Origin: an uncultured Trueperaceae bacterium | Lineage (GTDB): Bacteria; Deinococcota; Deinococci; Deinococcales; Trueperaceae | Length of the DNA: 64,000 bases | NCBI GenBank assembly: GCA_963727505.1 | Contig: CAVSGP010000006.1 | Location: forward strand, 64,001 to 128,000 | Direction: 5' to 3' | In this document: piece by piece, positions 20,321 through 30,098 of the stretch | Layout: each line of letters opens with the position of its first letter | Position numbering within the stretch: position 1 is the stretch's first letter | Notes under the pieces: model-generated | What the model was told of the DNA's origin: nothing | Databases searched by the model: none | Seen by the model: the letters and a program-made list of their open reading frames with translations, nothing else | Program-made: the position numbers and the translations under genes

Positions 20321-21322
20321 ATGCCGATGTTTCGCAAGGATCCGTTCGGCCGCGCCTGGGTTCTCATCTCCCCGGAGCGGGGCCTCGTGGCGTCGGACTT
20401 CGGCAGCGTGCTCCCGCTGCCCGAGCGCTCGCCGCTGTCGCCGGGAAACGAGCGCCAGACCGGCCCGGAGATCGCGGCGGTCCGGCCGAGCAGCACGTCG
20501 CCCGACGGTCCCGAGTGGCGTATGCGGGTCATCGCTCATCCCTCGGCGCTGGTCGAGCCCCGCAGCTTCCGGGAGGAGGGCGACGCCCTGTTCCGGCAGG
20601 CCGCGTCGAGCGGTTCCCAGGAGGTCATCGTCGAGCACCCTGACGCCAGCATGGCGCTCGACACCATGCCGCGCGCTCACCTGGTCGACGTGCTGCGGCT
20701 CTACCGCGAGCGCCTGGCGCTGCTGGCCGCCAAACCGGGGATCCGCCACGTGCAGATCACCCGCAACGTCGGTCGTGCCGCGGGCGCCCTGTTCGAGCAC
20801 CCGCACGCGCAGCTCCTGGCCGTTCCGGTGAGCAGCCGCTGGGTCGAGGAGGAGGTGGAGGCGGCCCGCAGCTACTACGGCGAGCACGGCAGTTGCCTCT
20901 TCTGCGACGTACTCGAGCGCGAGCTGGCAGAACGCGCGCGGGTCATCACCCACAACGAAGGGTTCGTCGCCATCGCGCCCTTCGCCGCCAAGACCCCGTT
21001 CGAGACCTGGATCCTGCCGCGCGAGCACGGTAGCGCCTACACCGGGGTGGCCGCCAACACCTTGCCGCTCCTGGCCGACCTGCTCCAGACGGTGATTCGC
21101 GCCCTCAACGACGCCCTCGATCACCCGCCGTACAATCTCCTGGTGCATACGCTCCCGACCGCCGGCGACCGCAGCTTCCACTGGCACATCGAGGTGCTCC
21201 CGCGGCTCACACAGCAGGCGGGCTTCGACTGGGGGAGCGGCTTCTACGTGAACCCGACGCCGCCCGAGGACGCCGCCCGGTTCCTGCGCGAGGCGCTCGC
21301 CCTGCAAGAGGTGCAGGAGTGA
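20321..21322 (+). CDS. GalT/HIT-family nucleotidyltransferase (galactose-1-phosphate uridylyltransferase-like)
   Basis: RKDP..WVLISPER, HPHAQ active-site motif, CLFCD, PFETWILPR, FHWHIEVLPRL, AGFDWGSG..INP/VNPTPPE. Confidence 0.8.
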   Translation: MPMFRKDPFGRAWVLISPERGLVASDFGSVLPLPERSPLSPGNERQTGPEIAAVRPSSTSPDGPEWRMRVIAHPSALVEPRSFREEGDALFRQAASSGSQEVIVEHPDASMALDTMPRAHLVDVLRLYRERLALLAAKPGIRHVQITRNVGRAAGALFEHPHAQLLAVPVSSRWVEEEVEAARSYYGEHGSCLFCDVLERELAERARVITHNEGFVAIAPFAAKTPFETWILPREHGSAYTGVAANTLPLLADLLQTVIRALNDALDHPPYNLLVHTLPTAGDRSFHWHIEVLPRLTQQAGFDWGSGFYVNPTPPEDAARFLREALALQEVQE

Positions 21323-21711
21323 GCACCGCGCCCAGGCACCTGCTCGACGGACCGGCCGATACGGCGGCCGAGCCCGAGAAGCGCTCCCGCCGACGGCGCA
21401 CCGCCGCGGCGCGCGGGGCCCACCGCGTGATCACGGCGCTGGCCCTGGTAGGCAGCCTCCACGCCCTGTTCCTGCTGGGCGTCGAGACGTGGCGCTTCGT
21501 GGTCGAGCAGCGGGCGGTGGCCCACCTGGAGAGCCAGGTGACCGATCTGAAGCGCCAGGCCGGGGGGCTCCAGCAGGTGATCGACCATGCCAGCGACAGC
21601 CGCTACCGGGAGGACCTGGCCCGCCGCCAGGGCTACATGTACCCGGACGAGCAGCGGGCAGTGACGCAGCAACCCGCACCGCCGACTGCCGGAGCCACGG
21701 GCACCCCCTGA
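21319..21711 (+). CDS. ftsB: FtsB/DivIC-like septum formation initiator
   Basis: One TM helix, a coiled coil, then YREDLARRQGYMYPDE. Confidence 0.7.
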   Translation: MSTAPRHLLDGPADTAAEPEKRSRRRRTAAARGAHRVITALALVGSLHALFLLGVETWRFVVEQRAVAHLESQVTDLKRQAGGLQQVIDHASDSRYREDLARRQGYMYPDEQRAVTQQPAPPTAGATGTP

Positions 21712-21825
21712 GCGAACGCCGCGCCGATACAGCGTGCCCGCGCCACCGCGGCCCCGCAATCGTGGGCCGCGCGGGTCGCGGGGCACGGTATCCTGGGTGC
21801 ATGCCAGAGGGCGGAGGCTGATTCC

Positions 21826-23391
21826 GTGTCCGACGATACCTTGGCTTGGATGAACGAGCTCACGGCCGAGATGGAGGAGCGGCGCAAGCGCGTCGTTACA
21901 GGGGGCGGCGAGGAGCGCGTCCGCAAGCAGCACGAGGCGGGCAAGCTGACCGCCCGCGAGCGCATCGAGGCACTCCTCGACGAGGGGAGCTTCGTCGAGC
22001 TCGGCGTGTTCGTGAAGCACCGGGGCGGCGAGCTGATGGACGGCATCGAGGCCCCCGGCGAGGGCGTGGTCACCGGCTACGGCGCCATCGACGGTCGCAC
22101 CGTGTTCGTGTTCAGTCAGGACTTCACCGTGCTGGGCGGCAGCCTTGGGAAGATGCACGGCGCCAAGATCGCGACCGTGATGGACCTGGCGGTGAAGACG
22201 GGCGCGCCCATCATCGGGCTGAACGACTCGGCGGGCGCCCGCATCCAGGAGGGGGTCGACTCGCTCTCCGGCTACGGCGAGGTCTTCTACCGCAACGCCG
22301 TCTACTCCGGCGTGGTGCCGCAGCTCTCCGCCATCCTCGGCCCTTGCGCCGGCGGCGCGGTCTACAGCCCCGCCCTCACCGACTTCGTGGTGATGGCCAA
22401 GGGCAGCTCCTACATGTTCATCACGGGACCCGAGGTGATCAAGCAGGTCACCAAGGAAGACGTCAGCTTCGAGGGGCTGGGCGGCGCCGAGGTGCACAAC
22501 CGCAAGTCGGGCGTGGCCCACCTCGAGGCGGAGGACGACGCGATGGTCCTCGCGAAGCTGCGCGAGCTGCTGGCGTACCTGCCGCAGTCGGCCAGGGAGG
22601 CGCCGCCGCGCCGGCCCACCCGCGATCCCGAGGAGCGCGAGACGCCCGAGTTGCTCTCCATCGTGCACCCGGACCAGCGCCGGCCCTACCCCATGATCGA
22701 GGTGGTGCATGCCCTGGTCGACGACCAGCGCTTCCTGGAGATCCAGCCCGACTTCGCTCGCAACATCATCGTGGGATTCGCCCACCTCGGCGGGCGTTCG
22801 GTGGGGATCGTGGCGAACAATCCCCGACACCTGGCCGGCACGCTCAACATCGACGCCAGCGACAAGGCGGCGCGTTTCATCCGCACGTGCGACGCCTTCA
22901 ACATCCCACTGATCACCTTCGTCGACGTCACCGGCTTCATGCCGGGTGTGGCACAGGAGCACGCGGGCATCATCCGGCACGGCGCCAAGATGCTCTACGC
23001 TTACGCCGAGGCCACCGTGCCCAAGATCACGGTGATCGTGCGCAAGAGCTACGGGGGTGCTTACCTGGCCATGAACTCCCGGGACATGGGTTCGGACGTG
23101 GTCCTGGCGTGGCCGACCTCGGCGGTGGCGGTGATGGGGGCTGAGGGCGCGGCGAGCATCATCTACCGCCGCGAGATCCAGGGCGCGACGGATCCCGCGG
23201 GCGTGCGCAGCCAGCGTATCGTCGAGTACCGCCAGCGCTTCGACAATCCCTACGTGGCCGCCGGCCACGGCTACATCGACGACGTCATCGACCCCAAGGA
23301 CACGCGTCGCCACCTCATCCGGCACCTGGGCATGCTGGAGGGCAAGGAGCAGACGCTGCCGTTCAAGAAGCACGGCAACATGCCGCTGTAG
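21826..23391 (+). CDS. pccB: Acyl-CoA (propionyl/methylmalonyl-CoA) carboxylase, carboxyltransferase beta subunit
   Basis: GKLTARERI, QDFTVLGGSLG, DSAGARIQEG, GPCAGGAVYSPALTDF, RHGAK, KKHGNMPL. Confidence 0.88.
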   Translation: MSDDTLAWMNELTAEMEERRKRVVTGGGEERVRKQHEAGKLTARERIEALLDEGSFVELGVFVKHRGGELMDGIEAPGEGVVTGYGAIDGRTVFVFSQDFTVLGGSLGKMHGAKIATVMDLAVKTGAPIIGLNDSAGARIQEGVDSLSGYGEVFYRNAVYSGVVPQLSAILGPCAGGAVYSPALTDFVVMAKGSSYMFITGPEVIKQVTKEDVSFEGLGGAEVHNRKSGVAHLEAEDDAMVLAKLRELLAYLPQSAREAPPRRPTRDPEERETPELLSIVHPDQRRPYPMIEVVHALVDDQRFLEIQPDFARNIIVGFAHLGGRSVGIVANNPRHLAGTLNIDASDKAARFIRTCDAFNIPLITFVDVTGFMPGVAQEHAGIIRHGAKMLYAYAEATVPKITVIVRKSYGGAYLAMNSRDMGSDVVLAWPTSAVAVMGAEGAASIIYRREIQGATDPAGVRSQRIVEYRQRFDNPYVAAGHGYIDDVIDPKDTRRHLIRHLGMLEGKEQTLPFKKHGNMPL

Positions 23392-23420
23392 CAGCACCCG
23401 CTGCGACGAAGGGGCCCCGC

Positions 23421-24710
23421 TCAGGCCTCGGCGAGCTCGTCCAGCCTCACGCGCCGCGCCTCGGCTCGCGAGCGCTCGGCGGCGAACGCCATGACATGAC
23501 TCTCGATCGAGGCCGCGAGCTCGCTGGGCGCGGCGTCGATCGGCTGGCCCTCGTTGCGCCGCCTCAGCCGCTGCAGATAGTCCACCACGAGGGCGTCGTC
23601 GCCGCCGGCGTGACGCGCGCCGGCGCCGCCGACGGTGATGCGTTCGCGGCGGTCGTGGGCGAAGTCGTGGAGCTCGAGCCAACCCTCGTCGAGGTCGCCA
23701 CGGATCTCCCCGTGTGTGCCCATGACGTGGAGGGTCCGCGTGATCGCGGCGCTGAAGGCCTGGACCGTGAGGGAGACCGCGACCCCGTTGGCGAAGGCGA
23801 GCTGCACCAGCTGGTGGTCGGCGACGTCGTTGTCGCTGCGGTACACGCAGCGGCCGTAGGGCCCGGTGCGCAGGGCGTCGAGGAGGGCGCCCGCGCCTCC
23901 CTCGGGCGCGACCACGCTGTTGGGCCAGTCGGCCACGCCCTCGAAGCGCTCGAGGTAGATCCGGATGGCGGAGTAGGGGCAGCTGCGCTCGACCGCGCAG
24001 CCGTCCATGCAGCGGTCGGTCGCGCCGTCGGGGGCGTTCTCGGGGCGGAAGTGCGCCAGGCCGCCGATCGACGTGAGGGCCTCGCAAGGCTCGCCCACCA
24101 GCCAGCGCAGGATGTCCAGGTCGTGGCAGGCCTTGGCCAGCAGCATCGGGCTGCTGTCGGCCTCGCGGCGCCAGTTGCCCCGGACGTAGCTGTGCGCGAA
24201 GTGGTAGTAGCCGATGTTCTCCGTGTGCTGGATGGCGACGGTTCGGCCGATCCGCCCCTGGCTCAGAAGCTCCTTGAGCGTCCGGAAGAAACCCGTGTAG
24301 CGCAGCACGTGCGCGACCGTGACCGTTCCCGCTCCGGGCTGGGCGGCGGCGGCCTGGATCGCGCGCACGCCGTCGAGGTCTGGCGCGATGGGCTTCTCGA
24401 GCAGGACGTGGATGCCCCGGTCGAGGGCGGCAACGGTGGGTGCGACGTGGTGCCGATCGGGCGTGGCGACGACGACGCCGTCGAGGGGGCCGACCTTCTC
24501 GAGGAGGTCGTCCGCGGTGTCGAACAGGGCGTCGTTGGCCAGGCCGAAATGGCGACCCACGCGTCGCAGCCGCTCGGGGCTGGCGTCGGCGACGGCGGCG
24601 ATCCGGGCCTGACCGGCGTGGCGAGCGATGAGCTCACCGTAGACGTCGGCGCCGCGGTTGCCGGCGCCCAGGATGGCGATCTGGAGGGGTGCGTCAGAGG
24701 GGGTGGGCAT
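23421..24710 (-). CDS. Gfo/Idh/MocA family oxidoreductase
   Basis: GAGNRG, VATPDRHH, LLEKPIA, HSYVRGNWR, AKACHDLD, YGRCVY. Confidence 0.9.
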   Translation of the reverse strand: MPTPSDAPLQIAILGAGNRGADVYGELIARHAGQARIAAVADASPERLRRVGRHFGLANDALFDTADDLLEKVGPLDGVVVATPDRHHVAPTVAALDRGIHVLLEKPIAPDLDGVRAIQAAAAQPGAGTVTVAHVLRYTGFFRTLKELLSQGRIGRTVAIQHTENIGYYHFAHSYVRGNWRREADSSPMLLAKACHDLDILRWLVGEPCEALTSIGGLAHFRPENAPDGATDRCMDGCAVERSCPYSAIRIYLERFEGVADWPNSVVAPEGGAGALLDALRTGPYGRCVYRSDNDVADHQLVQLAFANGVAVSLTVQAFSAAITRTLHVMGTHGEIRGDLDEGWLELHDFAHDRRERITVGGAGARHAGGDDALVVDYLQRLRRRNEGQPIDAAPSELAASIESHVMAFAAERSRAEARRVRLDELAEA

Positions 24711-24736
24711 GGACTCTCCTGGCTGGTGAGGGGCGG

Positions 24737-25579
24737 TCAGCCCTTCAGGGCGCCCGCGGTGATGCCACGGACGAACACGCCCTGGACGGAGCTGAACAGT
24801 AGGGCGACGGGAACGGTGGCGAGGATCCCCCCCGCCATCAGCAGGTTCCAGTAGACGATGTTCTGCCCCACGAAGCGCGACATCGCGAGCGGGATGGGGT
24901 AGAGCTGGGCGTTGTTGAGGAACACGAGCGGGAAGATGAGGGCGTTCCAGGCGAAGATGAAGGTGTAGATGCCGGCCATGGCGATCCCTGGTGCGGCGAG
25001 CGGCAATACCACGTGGCGCAGGCTGCTGAGTCGCGAGCAGCCGTCGATCATGGCCGCCTCCTCGAGGTCGGGGGGGATGCTCTCGAGGTAGCCGTGCAGG
25101 AGCCAGAGCGCGATGGGGATGGCGAGCGCGCTCTCCGCCAGGATGACGGACAGGTAGGTGTTGAGCAAGTGGTAGCCCCGCATCATCTGGTAGAGCGACA
25201 CGATCATGACGACGGGCGAGAACATCTGCGTGGCGAGCGCGGTGAACAGGAGCGCCTGCCTGCCGCGGAAACGGAACCGGGAGAGGCCGTAGGCCGCCAG
25301 GAAGCCCAGGACGATGGCGATACCCGACGTGGCCGCGGCGATGATGGCGCTGTTCAGGTAGGCCCGACCGAACTGGTAGCCCCCGGTCAGGACCTCGACG
25401 TAGTTGTGTAGAGACCAGTGTTGCGGCCACCAGCTCGGCGGCCAGCTGAAGAGGTCGTTGAACGCCGTGACCGAGGTCTTCAGCATGACGTAGACCGGGA
25501 ACAGCATCACGAGCAACAGCACGATCAGCGCCAGGTGCTTGCCCAGAAGCGCGAGGCGGGCGGTGCGCACGGTGGTCAC
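24737..25579 (-). CDS. Carbohydrate ABC permease (MalG-like)
   Basis: EAA motif LEEAAMIDG, FIFAWN, FVRGITAGALKG; GTGA overlap. Confidence 0.9.
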   Translation of the reverse strand: MTTVRTARLALLGKHLALIVLLLVMLFPVYVMLKTSVTAFNDLFSWPPSWWPQHWSLHNYVEVLTGGYQFGRAYLNSAIIAAATSGIAIVLGFLAAYGLSRFRFRGRQALLFTALATQMFSPVVMIVSLYQMMRGYHLLNTYLSVILAESALAIPIALWLLHGYLESIPPDLEEAAMIDGCSRLSSLRHVVLPLAAPGIAMAGIYTFIFAWNALIFPLVFLNNAQLYPIPLAMSRFVGQNIVYWNLLMAGGILATVPVALLFSSVQGVFVRGITAGALKG

Positions 25580-26520
25580 GCTCCCCTCTGGAGGAGGCGC
25601 CAGTACCCGAAGGACAGCGCCGTGAGCAGCAAGAACACGAAGGTCGCGAGGGCCGCGGCCTGACCGAAGTCGAACGAGCCGAACGCGGTCGTGAAGGTGC
25701 GCACCACCAGGGTGGTGGTGGCACCTGCGGGGCCGCCGCGCGTGAGGGGCCAGATCACCTGGAAGGAGTTGAAGGTCCATACGCTGGAGAGCAGTGTCGC
25801 CACCAGCAGGATCGGGCGGACCATCGGCAACGTGATGTGCCTGAACACCTGCGCGGCCGTCGCGCCGTCGATATGGGCGGCCTCGTAGAGTTCGTTGGGG
25901 ACAGACTGCAATCCCGCCATCAGGACCATCGCCATGAACGGGATGCCCACCCACATGTCCACCGCTGCGGTGGCTACGAAGGCGGTGCCCTGCTGGCCGA
26001 GCCAGGAGATTGGGTGAGGAATCACGCCGAGCGCTGACAGCAGCCCGTTGAGCTGGCCGAACTGACCGTCGAGGACCCAGCGCCAGGCGATCGCCGCGAT
26101 CACGACCGGCGTCACCCAAGGCACCATCAGCAGGGTCAGGTAGATGCGCCGCCCGCGGAAGGGGTGCTGCAGGAGCATGGCGGCGGCGAATCCGAAGAGA
26201 GTCTTCCCGCCGACCGACAGGAGCGTCCACAGCGCCGTGATCCGCAATGCCCTGAGCACTTCGGTGTTGCTCAGGAGGGCAGCGTAGTTGCCGAACCCGA
26301 TGAAGGTGCGTCCGAGATCGGGTCGGATGAGGATGTCGCGATAGAGCGACTCGACCATGACCTTGATGATCGGGTAGGCGAGGAACAGGGCGAGGAAGAG
26401 AATCGTGGGGATGAGATAGGGGAGGGGCGAGGCGTCCGGGCTCAGCGTTCGCCTCAGCAACGAGGGCCCGAGCGAGCTGCGCGCTCGGGGGCGGTCGTGA
26501 GGTGATCTCGGAGTGGACAT
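25576..26520 (-). CDS. Carbohydrate ABC permease (MalF-like)
   Basis: FIGFGNY, LYEAAHIDGA, TRGGP. Confidence 0.9.
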   Translation of the reverse strand: MSTPRSPHDRPRARSSLGPSLLRRTLSPDASPLPYLIPTILFLALFLAYPIIKVMVESLYRDILIRPDLGRTFIGFGNYAALLSNTEVLRALRITALWTLLSVGGKTLFGFAAAMLLQHPFRGRRIYLTLLMVPWVTPVVIAAIAWRWVLDGQFGQLNGLLSALGVIPHPISWLGQQGTAFVATAAVDMWVGIPFMAMVLMAGLQSVPNELYEAAHIDGATAAQVFRHITLPMVRPILLVATLLSSVWTFNSFQVIWPLTRGGPAGATTTLVVRTFTTAFGSFDFGQAAALATFVFLLLTALSFGYWRLLQRGA

Positions 26521-26527
26521 GAGGGGG

Positions 26528-26558
26528 GGAAGGGGCGGCCTTGAAGGCCGCCCCTTCC
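26528..26558. terminator. Strong intercistronic hairpin after the substrate-binding-protein gene (mRNA stabiliser or partial terminator)
   Basis: ggaaggggcggcc-ttgaa-ggccgccccttcc, a perfect stem of at least 13 bp with no U-tract. Confidence 0.7.
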
Positions 26559-26566
26559 TCAGGAAC

Positions 26567-27829
26567 CTACTGGCTCGACGCCGCTGCCGGCTCGAGCTTC
26601 TTGTCCTGGATGGCCTTGGTGGCGATCTGGAGCGCCTGCTCGGGGGTCTGCTTGCCGAGCAGGACGTTCTGGATCATGTCGGTGATGATGGTCTGGAACG
26701 GCTCCCATGCCAGCGGCTGGGGTTGCGGGAAGCCCTGGGAGATCATCGCCAGGTAGGGCTTCCAGAACGCGCCCTCGAAGGCCGCATTGGTCTGCTCGCC
26801 CTGGACCATGGGGACGAGCCCGCCGTTCAGGTCGAAGGTGGTGTGAGCCTCGAGCGACGTCCAGTAGTCGACGAAGGCGTAGGCCTCCTTGGGGTGCTGC
26901 GTGTTCTTGGCGATGACGATCGAGTCGCCCACCTGGATACCGCCACAGCGGACGTCGCACGGCAGGGTTGCCGTGGCGTAGGGAGCGTCGGCGTTGTTCG
27001 GGTCGAGCCCCATGATGCCCTTGCCCCACGGGCCGGTGATCATCATGGCGATCTTGCCTTGCTTGAACAGCACCGGAAGCTGCTCGCGGTTGTACTCGAC
27101 GGGGTTCGGCGCCACATGGTCGGTCTTGTACAGGTCGGTGTAGAACGTGAGCGCCTTGACGCCGGCGGGCGTATCGAGGCTGACGTTGCCCTGGTCGTCG
27201 AACACCGAGCCACCGGCCTGGTACAGGAAGCTGAAGAACTGGCTGGTGGTGGACACGTGGGCGGCGCCGGAGATGCCGATACCGAACATGCCGGGGTGCT
27301 CCTGGGTGACCTTCTTGGCGTCGGCCAGAAGCTCGTCCCAGGTCTTCGGAGGCTGCGGGATCAGGTCGGTCCGGTAGTACAGGGCCTTGGTGGAGAAGGC
27401 GACCGGGAGCCCCATCAGCTTGCCGTTGAACTCGTTGCCCGTCAGCACGCCGGAGGGGAACGAATCACGCTTGGCCTGGTTGACATAGCTGTCGAGCGGC
27501 AGCAGGCCGCCGAGCTGCGAGAACGGGGCGATCCAGCGGCCACCGATGTAGATGACGTCGGGTGCGTTGCCTGCCAGGAGGTCGGTGGCGATCTTCTGGT
27601 AGGCGGAGTCCCAGCCGACGCTCTGGAACACGACCTTGATGTCGGGATGGGCCTGCTCGAAGCCGGCGACGAGCGTCTTGACGGTCTCTTGGGCCTGGGG
27701 CTGGTCACCGCCGGGGTAGAGCACGTGGATCGTGGTCGTCTGCGCGCTGGCGATCGCAAGGAATGCCGCCACGACGATCATTGCGACGAGCGTGAAGGGT
27801 CTGGGGCCCCGGCAAAGGAATCGCGTCAT
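26567..27829 (-). CDS. Carbohydrate ABC substrate-binding protein
   Basis: Signal peptide ending ASA-Q; FEQAHPDIKV, APDV, LYYRTDL..PPKTWDEL, FKQGKIAM; SD GGAGGT. Confidence 0.9.
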   Translation of the reverse strand: MTRFLCRGPRPFTLVAMIVVAAFLAIASAQTTTIHVLYPGGDQPQAQETVKTLVAGFEQAHPDIKVVFQSVGWDSAYQKIATDLLAGNAPDVIYIGGRWIAPFSQLGGLLPLDSYVNQAKRDSFPSGVLTGNEFNGKLMGLPVAFSTKALYYRTDLIPQPPKTWDELLADAKKVTQEHPGMFGIGISGAAHVSTTSQFFSFLYQAGGSVFDDQGNVSLDTPAGVKALTFYTDLYKTDHVAPNPVEYNREQLPVLFKQGKIAMMITGPWGKGIMGLDPNNADAPYATATLPCDVRCGGIQVGDSIVIAKNTQHPKEAYAFVDYWTSLEAHTTFDLNGGLVPMVQGEQTNAAFEGAFWKPYLAMISQGFPQPQPLAWEPFQTIITDMIQNVLLGKQTPEQALQIATKAIQDKKLEPAAASSQ

Positions 27830-27868
27830 CGTTACCTCCAAGTGTGGGAACGGGGTTTGACGGGCTCA

Positions 27869-29038
27869 CTACGTTCGGTCGAACTCCCACCTCCTCTGTT
27901 CGAAGTACGACTGGGTTGCGAGGCTGGCCGCTCCTCGAGCCCACATGTCGCGGCTCTCGCGCTGGACTACCAGTTCAGGCAGCCTCGGAAGGGTCGGGAA
28001 GGCATGGCGTTCCAGGCTGGTCGCGATCGCGTCTCGAAGTGGTTCGCCGATGGCGACGCCCGAGCCCGTGAGGATCAGGATCTCGGGATTGAAGAGGTTC
28101 ACCAGGTGGGACAGGGCCAGCCCGATGGCGTCGCCGATGTCCTCGAGGATGTGGACGGCGCGCGGTTCGCCTTCACGGGCCAGCGCCCCGAGTTCCTCGA
28201 GGCGCTTCACGTCGAGACCCGCCTCGGCAGCCCGCGCGAGCGTCCCTGGGACCGAGGCCACGGCTTCCAGACAGCCCTGCTTCCCGCAGGCGCAGGGTGG
28301 GCCGCCTTCGCGCACCGTGCAGTGGCCCACCTCGCCGGCGGCGCCGAACCTCCCGCGATAGAGCCTTCCGCCGACCACCAGGCCGGCGCCGATGCCCTTG
28401 CCGAGGCTCACTACCGCGAAGTCGCCCAGACCGCGCGCCCGACCGAACATCTGTTCGCCGATGGCCAGGGTGTTGGCGTCGTTCTCCACGGCCACGGGGA
28501 GCCCGAGTGCCTGCTCGAGCATCGCTCCGATCGGGACATCGGCCCAGTCGAGCACCACCGAGCGGATGCACGAACCTCGTTCGTCGTCGACCAGGCCCGA
28601 CATGCCGAGGCCCAGCCCGGCGATCGTGTCGGCCGATATCGTCGCCTTCTCGGCGAGTTCGCCCAGGAGGCGAACGGTTGCGGCGACGACGCGTTCGGGG
28701 TGGCGCGTCGAGAGCCGGTGCGTGCGCCGTGCCAGCACGCGGCCGCCCAGATCGGTCAGCACCGCGCTGAGCTCGCCGTCGTCCAGCTTGGCGCCGGCGA
28801 TGGCCGCGTAGCCGGGCTCGAGCCGCAGCAGGATGGGCGGCCGTCCCAGCCGCTCGGTCTTGCCCGGGCTGGGGTTGTCCTCCTCGACCACGATGCCGAC
28901 GTCGACGAGATGCTTGGTGAGCATGGTGACGGCCGACGGACTCAGGTGGGTACGCCGTGCGATCGCGGACCGGTTGATCGGTCCCTGTTCACGGATGACG
29001 CGGAATACCGCGGCGGCGCTGTCTTCGTTGCGGTCCAT
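27869..29038 (-). CDS. ROK family transcriptional repressor
   Basis: N-terminal HTH..GRP; ENDANTLAIGE, GIGAG, AGEVGH, CACGKQGCLE. Confidence 0.92.
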   Translation of the reverse strand: MDRNEDSAAAVFRVIREQGPINRSAIARRTHLSPSAVTMLTKHLVDVGIVVEEDNPSPGKTERLGRPPILLRLEPGYAAIAGAKLDDGELSAVLTDLGGRVLARRTHRLSTRHPERVVAATVRLLGELAEKATISADTIAGLGLGMSGLVDDERGSCIRSVVLDWADVPIGAMLEQALGLPVAVENDANTLAIGEQMFGRARGLGDFAVVSLGKGIGAGLVVGGRLYRGRFGAAGEVGHCTVREGGPPCACGKQGCLEAVASVPGTLARAAEAGLDVKRLEELGALAREGEPRAVHILEDIGDAIGLALSHLVNLFNPEILILTGSGVAIGEPLRDAIATSLERHAFPTLPRLPELVVQRESRDMWARGAASLATQSYFEQRRWEFDRT

Positions 29039-29044
29039 GGTTTT

Positions 29045-29065
29045 ATTTATTTCACCGAATTAAGT
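29045..29065. promoter_or_regulatory. Putative ROK operator (AT-rich pseudo-palindrome)
   Basis: TTATTTC-acc-GAATTAA (29047-29063) is an AT island in GC-rich DNA, between a minus-strand TAGAAT box (about 29075-29080) and the ROK start. Confidence 0.6.
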
Positions 29066-29264
29066 ATGACGCTGATTCTAGAGCATCGGAAGGTCGAGCG
29101 CAACCCCTCTCCGGATCGGACCGGCCGACTGCGTCCTGAGGCACGGAGATCGGCGCCTGCGAACGTTACGGTCGATGGGATCGACCCGGCGCCGCCGTAC
29201 CTGCTCGCTGGCCCGGCGGGCGGCCCCGGGGGCACTCGTTCCCACCTCGAGGGAGGACCCTTCC

Positions 29265-30098
29265 ATGAACGCTTCCGTCACGTCGCTCGCCGCCGTCGCT
29301 GCCCGCCTGGGCCTCGATCTGGTCGCCGCCATCGTCATCCTGGTCGTCGGTTGGATTCTCGCAGGCTGGGCCGGGGCCGTCGTCCGCCGGGCCGCCTCAC
29401 GCAGCGGTCGACTGGACGAGACCGTCGTCACCGTGCTGGGGCGTGTTGCGCGCTGGGCTGTGCTGGTCTTCACGGTGATCGCGGTGCTCGGACGCTTCGG
29501 CGTTCAGACCACCAGCCTGGTCGCCCTGATCGGCGCGGCCGGCCTGGCCATCGGCCTGGCGTTGCAGGGCGCCCTGTCCAACGTCGCGGCCGGCGTTCTG
29601 CTGTTGGCGCTCAGGCCCTTCCGGGTCGGGGACGCGATCGACATCGCCGGCACCGGGGGCGTCGTCGACGACATGGGGCTCTTCGTCACCCGGCTCACCA
29701 GCTTCGACGGCGTGCCACTGTTCTTGCCTAACAGCAGCGTGTGGGGCAAGCAGGTCAGCAACTACTCGCAGGCGGGACGGCGGCGCAACGACCTCATCGT
29801 CGGCATCGGTTACGGCGACGACGTGGCCAAGGCCATGGCGGTGTTGCAGGAACTCGTCGCCGGCGAGGAACGCGCGCTCGAGGATCCCGCCCCGCTGGTC
29901 GCCGTCGAGTCGCTCGGCGACAGCTCGGTCAACCTGCTGCTGCGCTATTGGACGGGTGCCGGCGACTACTTCGCCACCAAGCTCGACCTGACGCGGGCCG
30001 TGAAGGAGCGCTTCGACGCCGAAGATATCTCGATCCCCTTCCCGCAGCGCGACCTCCACGTGGTCGAGGGTGGCGTGGCGCTGGCGCCCAGTGCCTAG
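29265..30098 (+). CDS. mscS: Small-conductance mechanosensitive channel
   Basis: GAAGLAIGLALQGALSNVAAG, RPFRVGD, PNS, ISIPFPQRDLH. Confidence 0.92.
   Translation: MNASVTSLAAVAARLGLDLVAAIVILVVGWILAGWAGAVVRRAASRSGRLDETVVTVLGRVARWAVLVFTVIAVLGRFGVQTTSLVALIGAAGLAIGLALQGALSNVAAGVLLLALRPFRVGDAIDIAGTGGVVDDMGLFVTRLTSFDGVPLFLPNSSVWGKQVSNYSQAGRRRNDLIVGIGYGDDVAKAMAVLQELVAGEERALEDPAPLVAVESLGDSSVNLLLRYWTGAGDYFATKLDLTRAVKERFDAEDISIPFPQRDLHVVEGGVALAPSA

Noticed and set aside
21244..24087. 947-aa minus-strand ORF
   Set aside because: Shadow of pccB/ftsB plus an off-frame part of the oxidoreductase; low complexity.
26513..29731. 1072-aa plus-strand ORF
   Set aside because: Antisense shadow of the SBP and ROK genes. 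It has no motifs, and long shadow ORFs are expected at this GC content.
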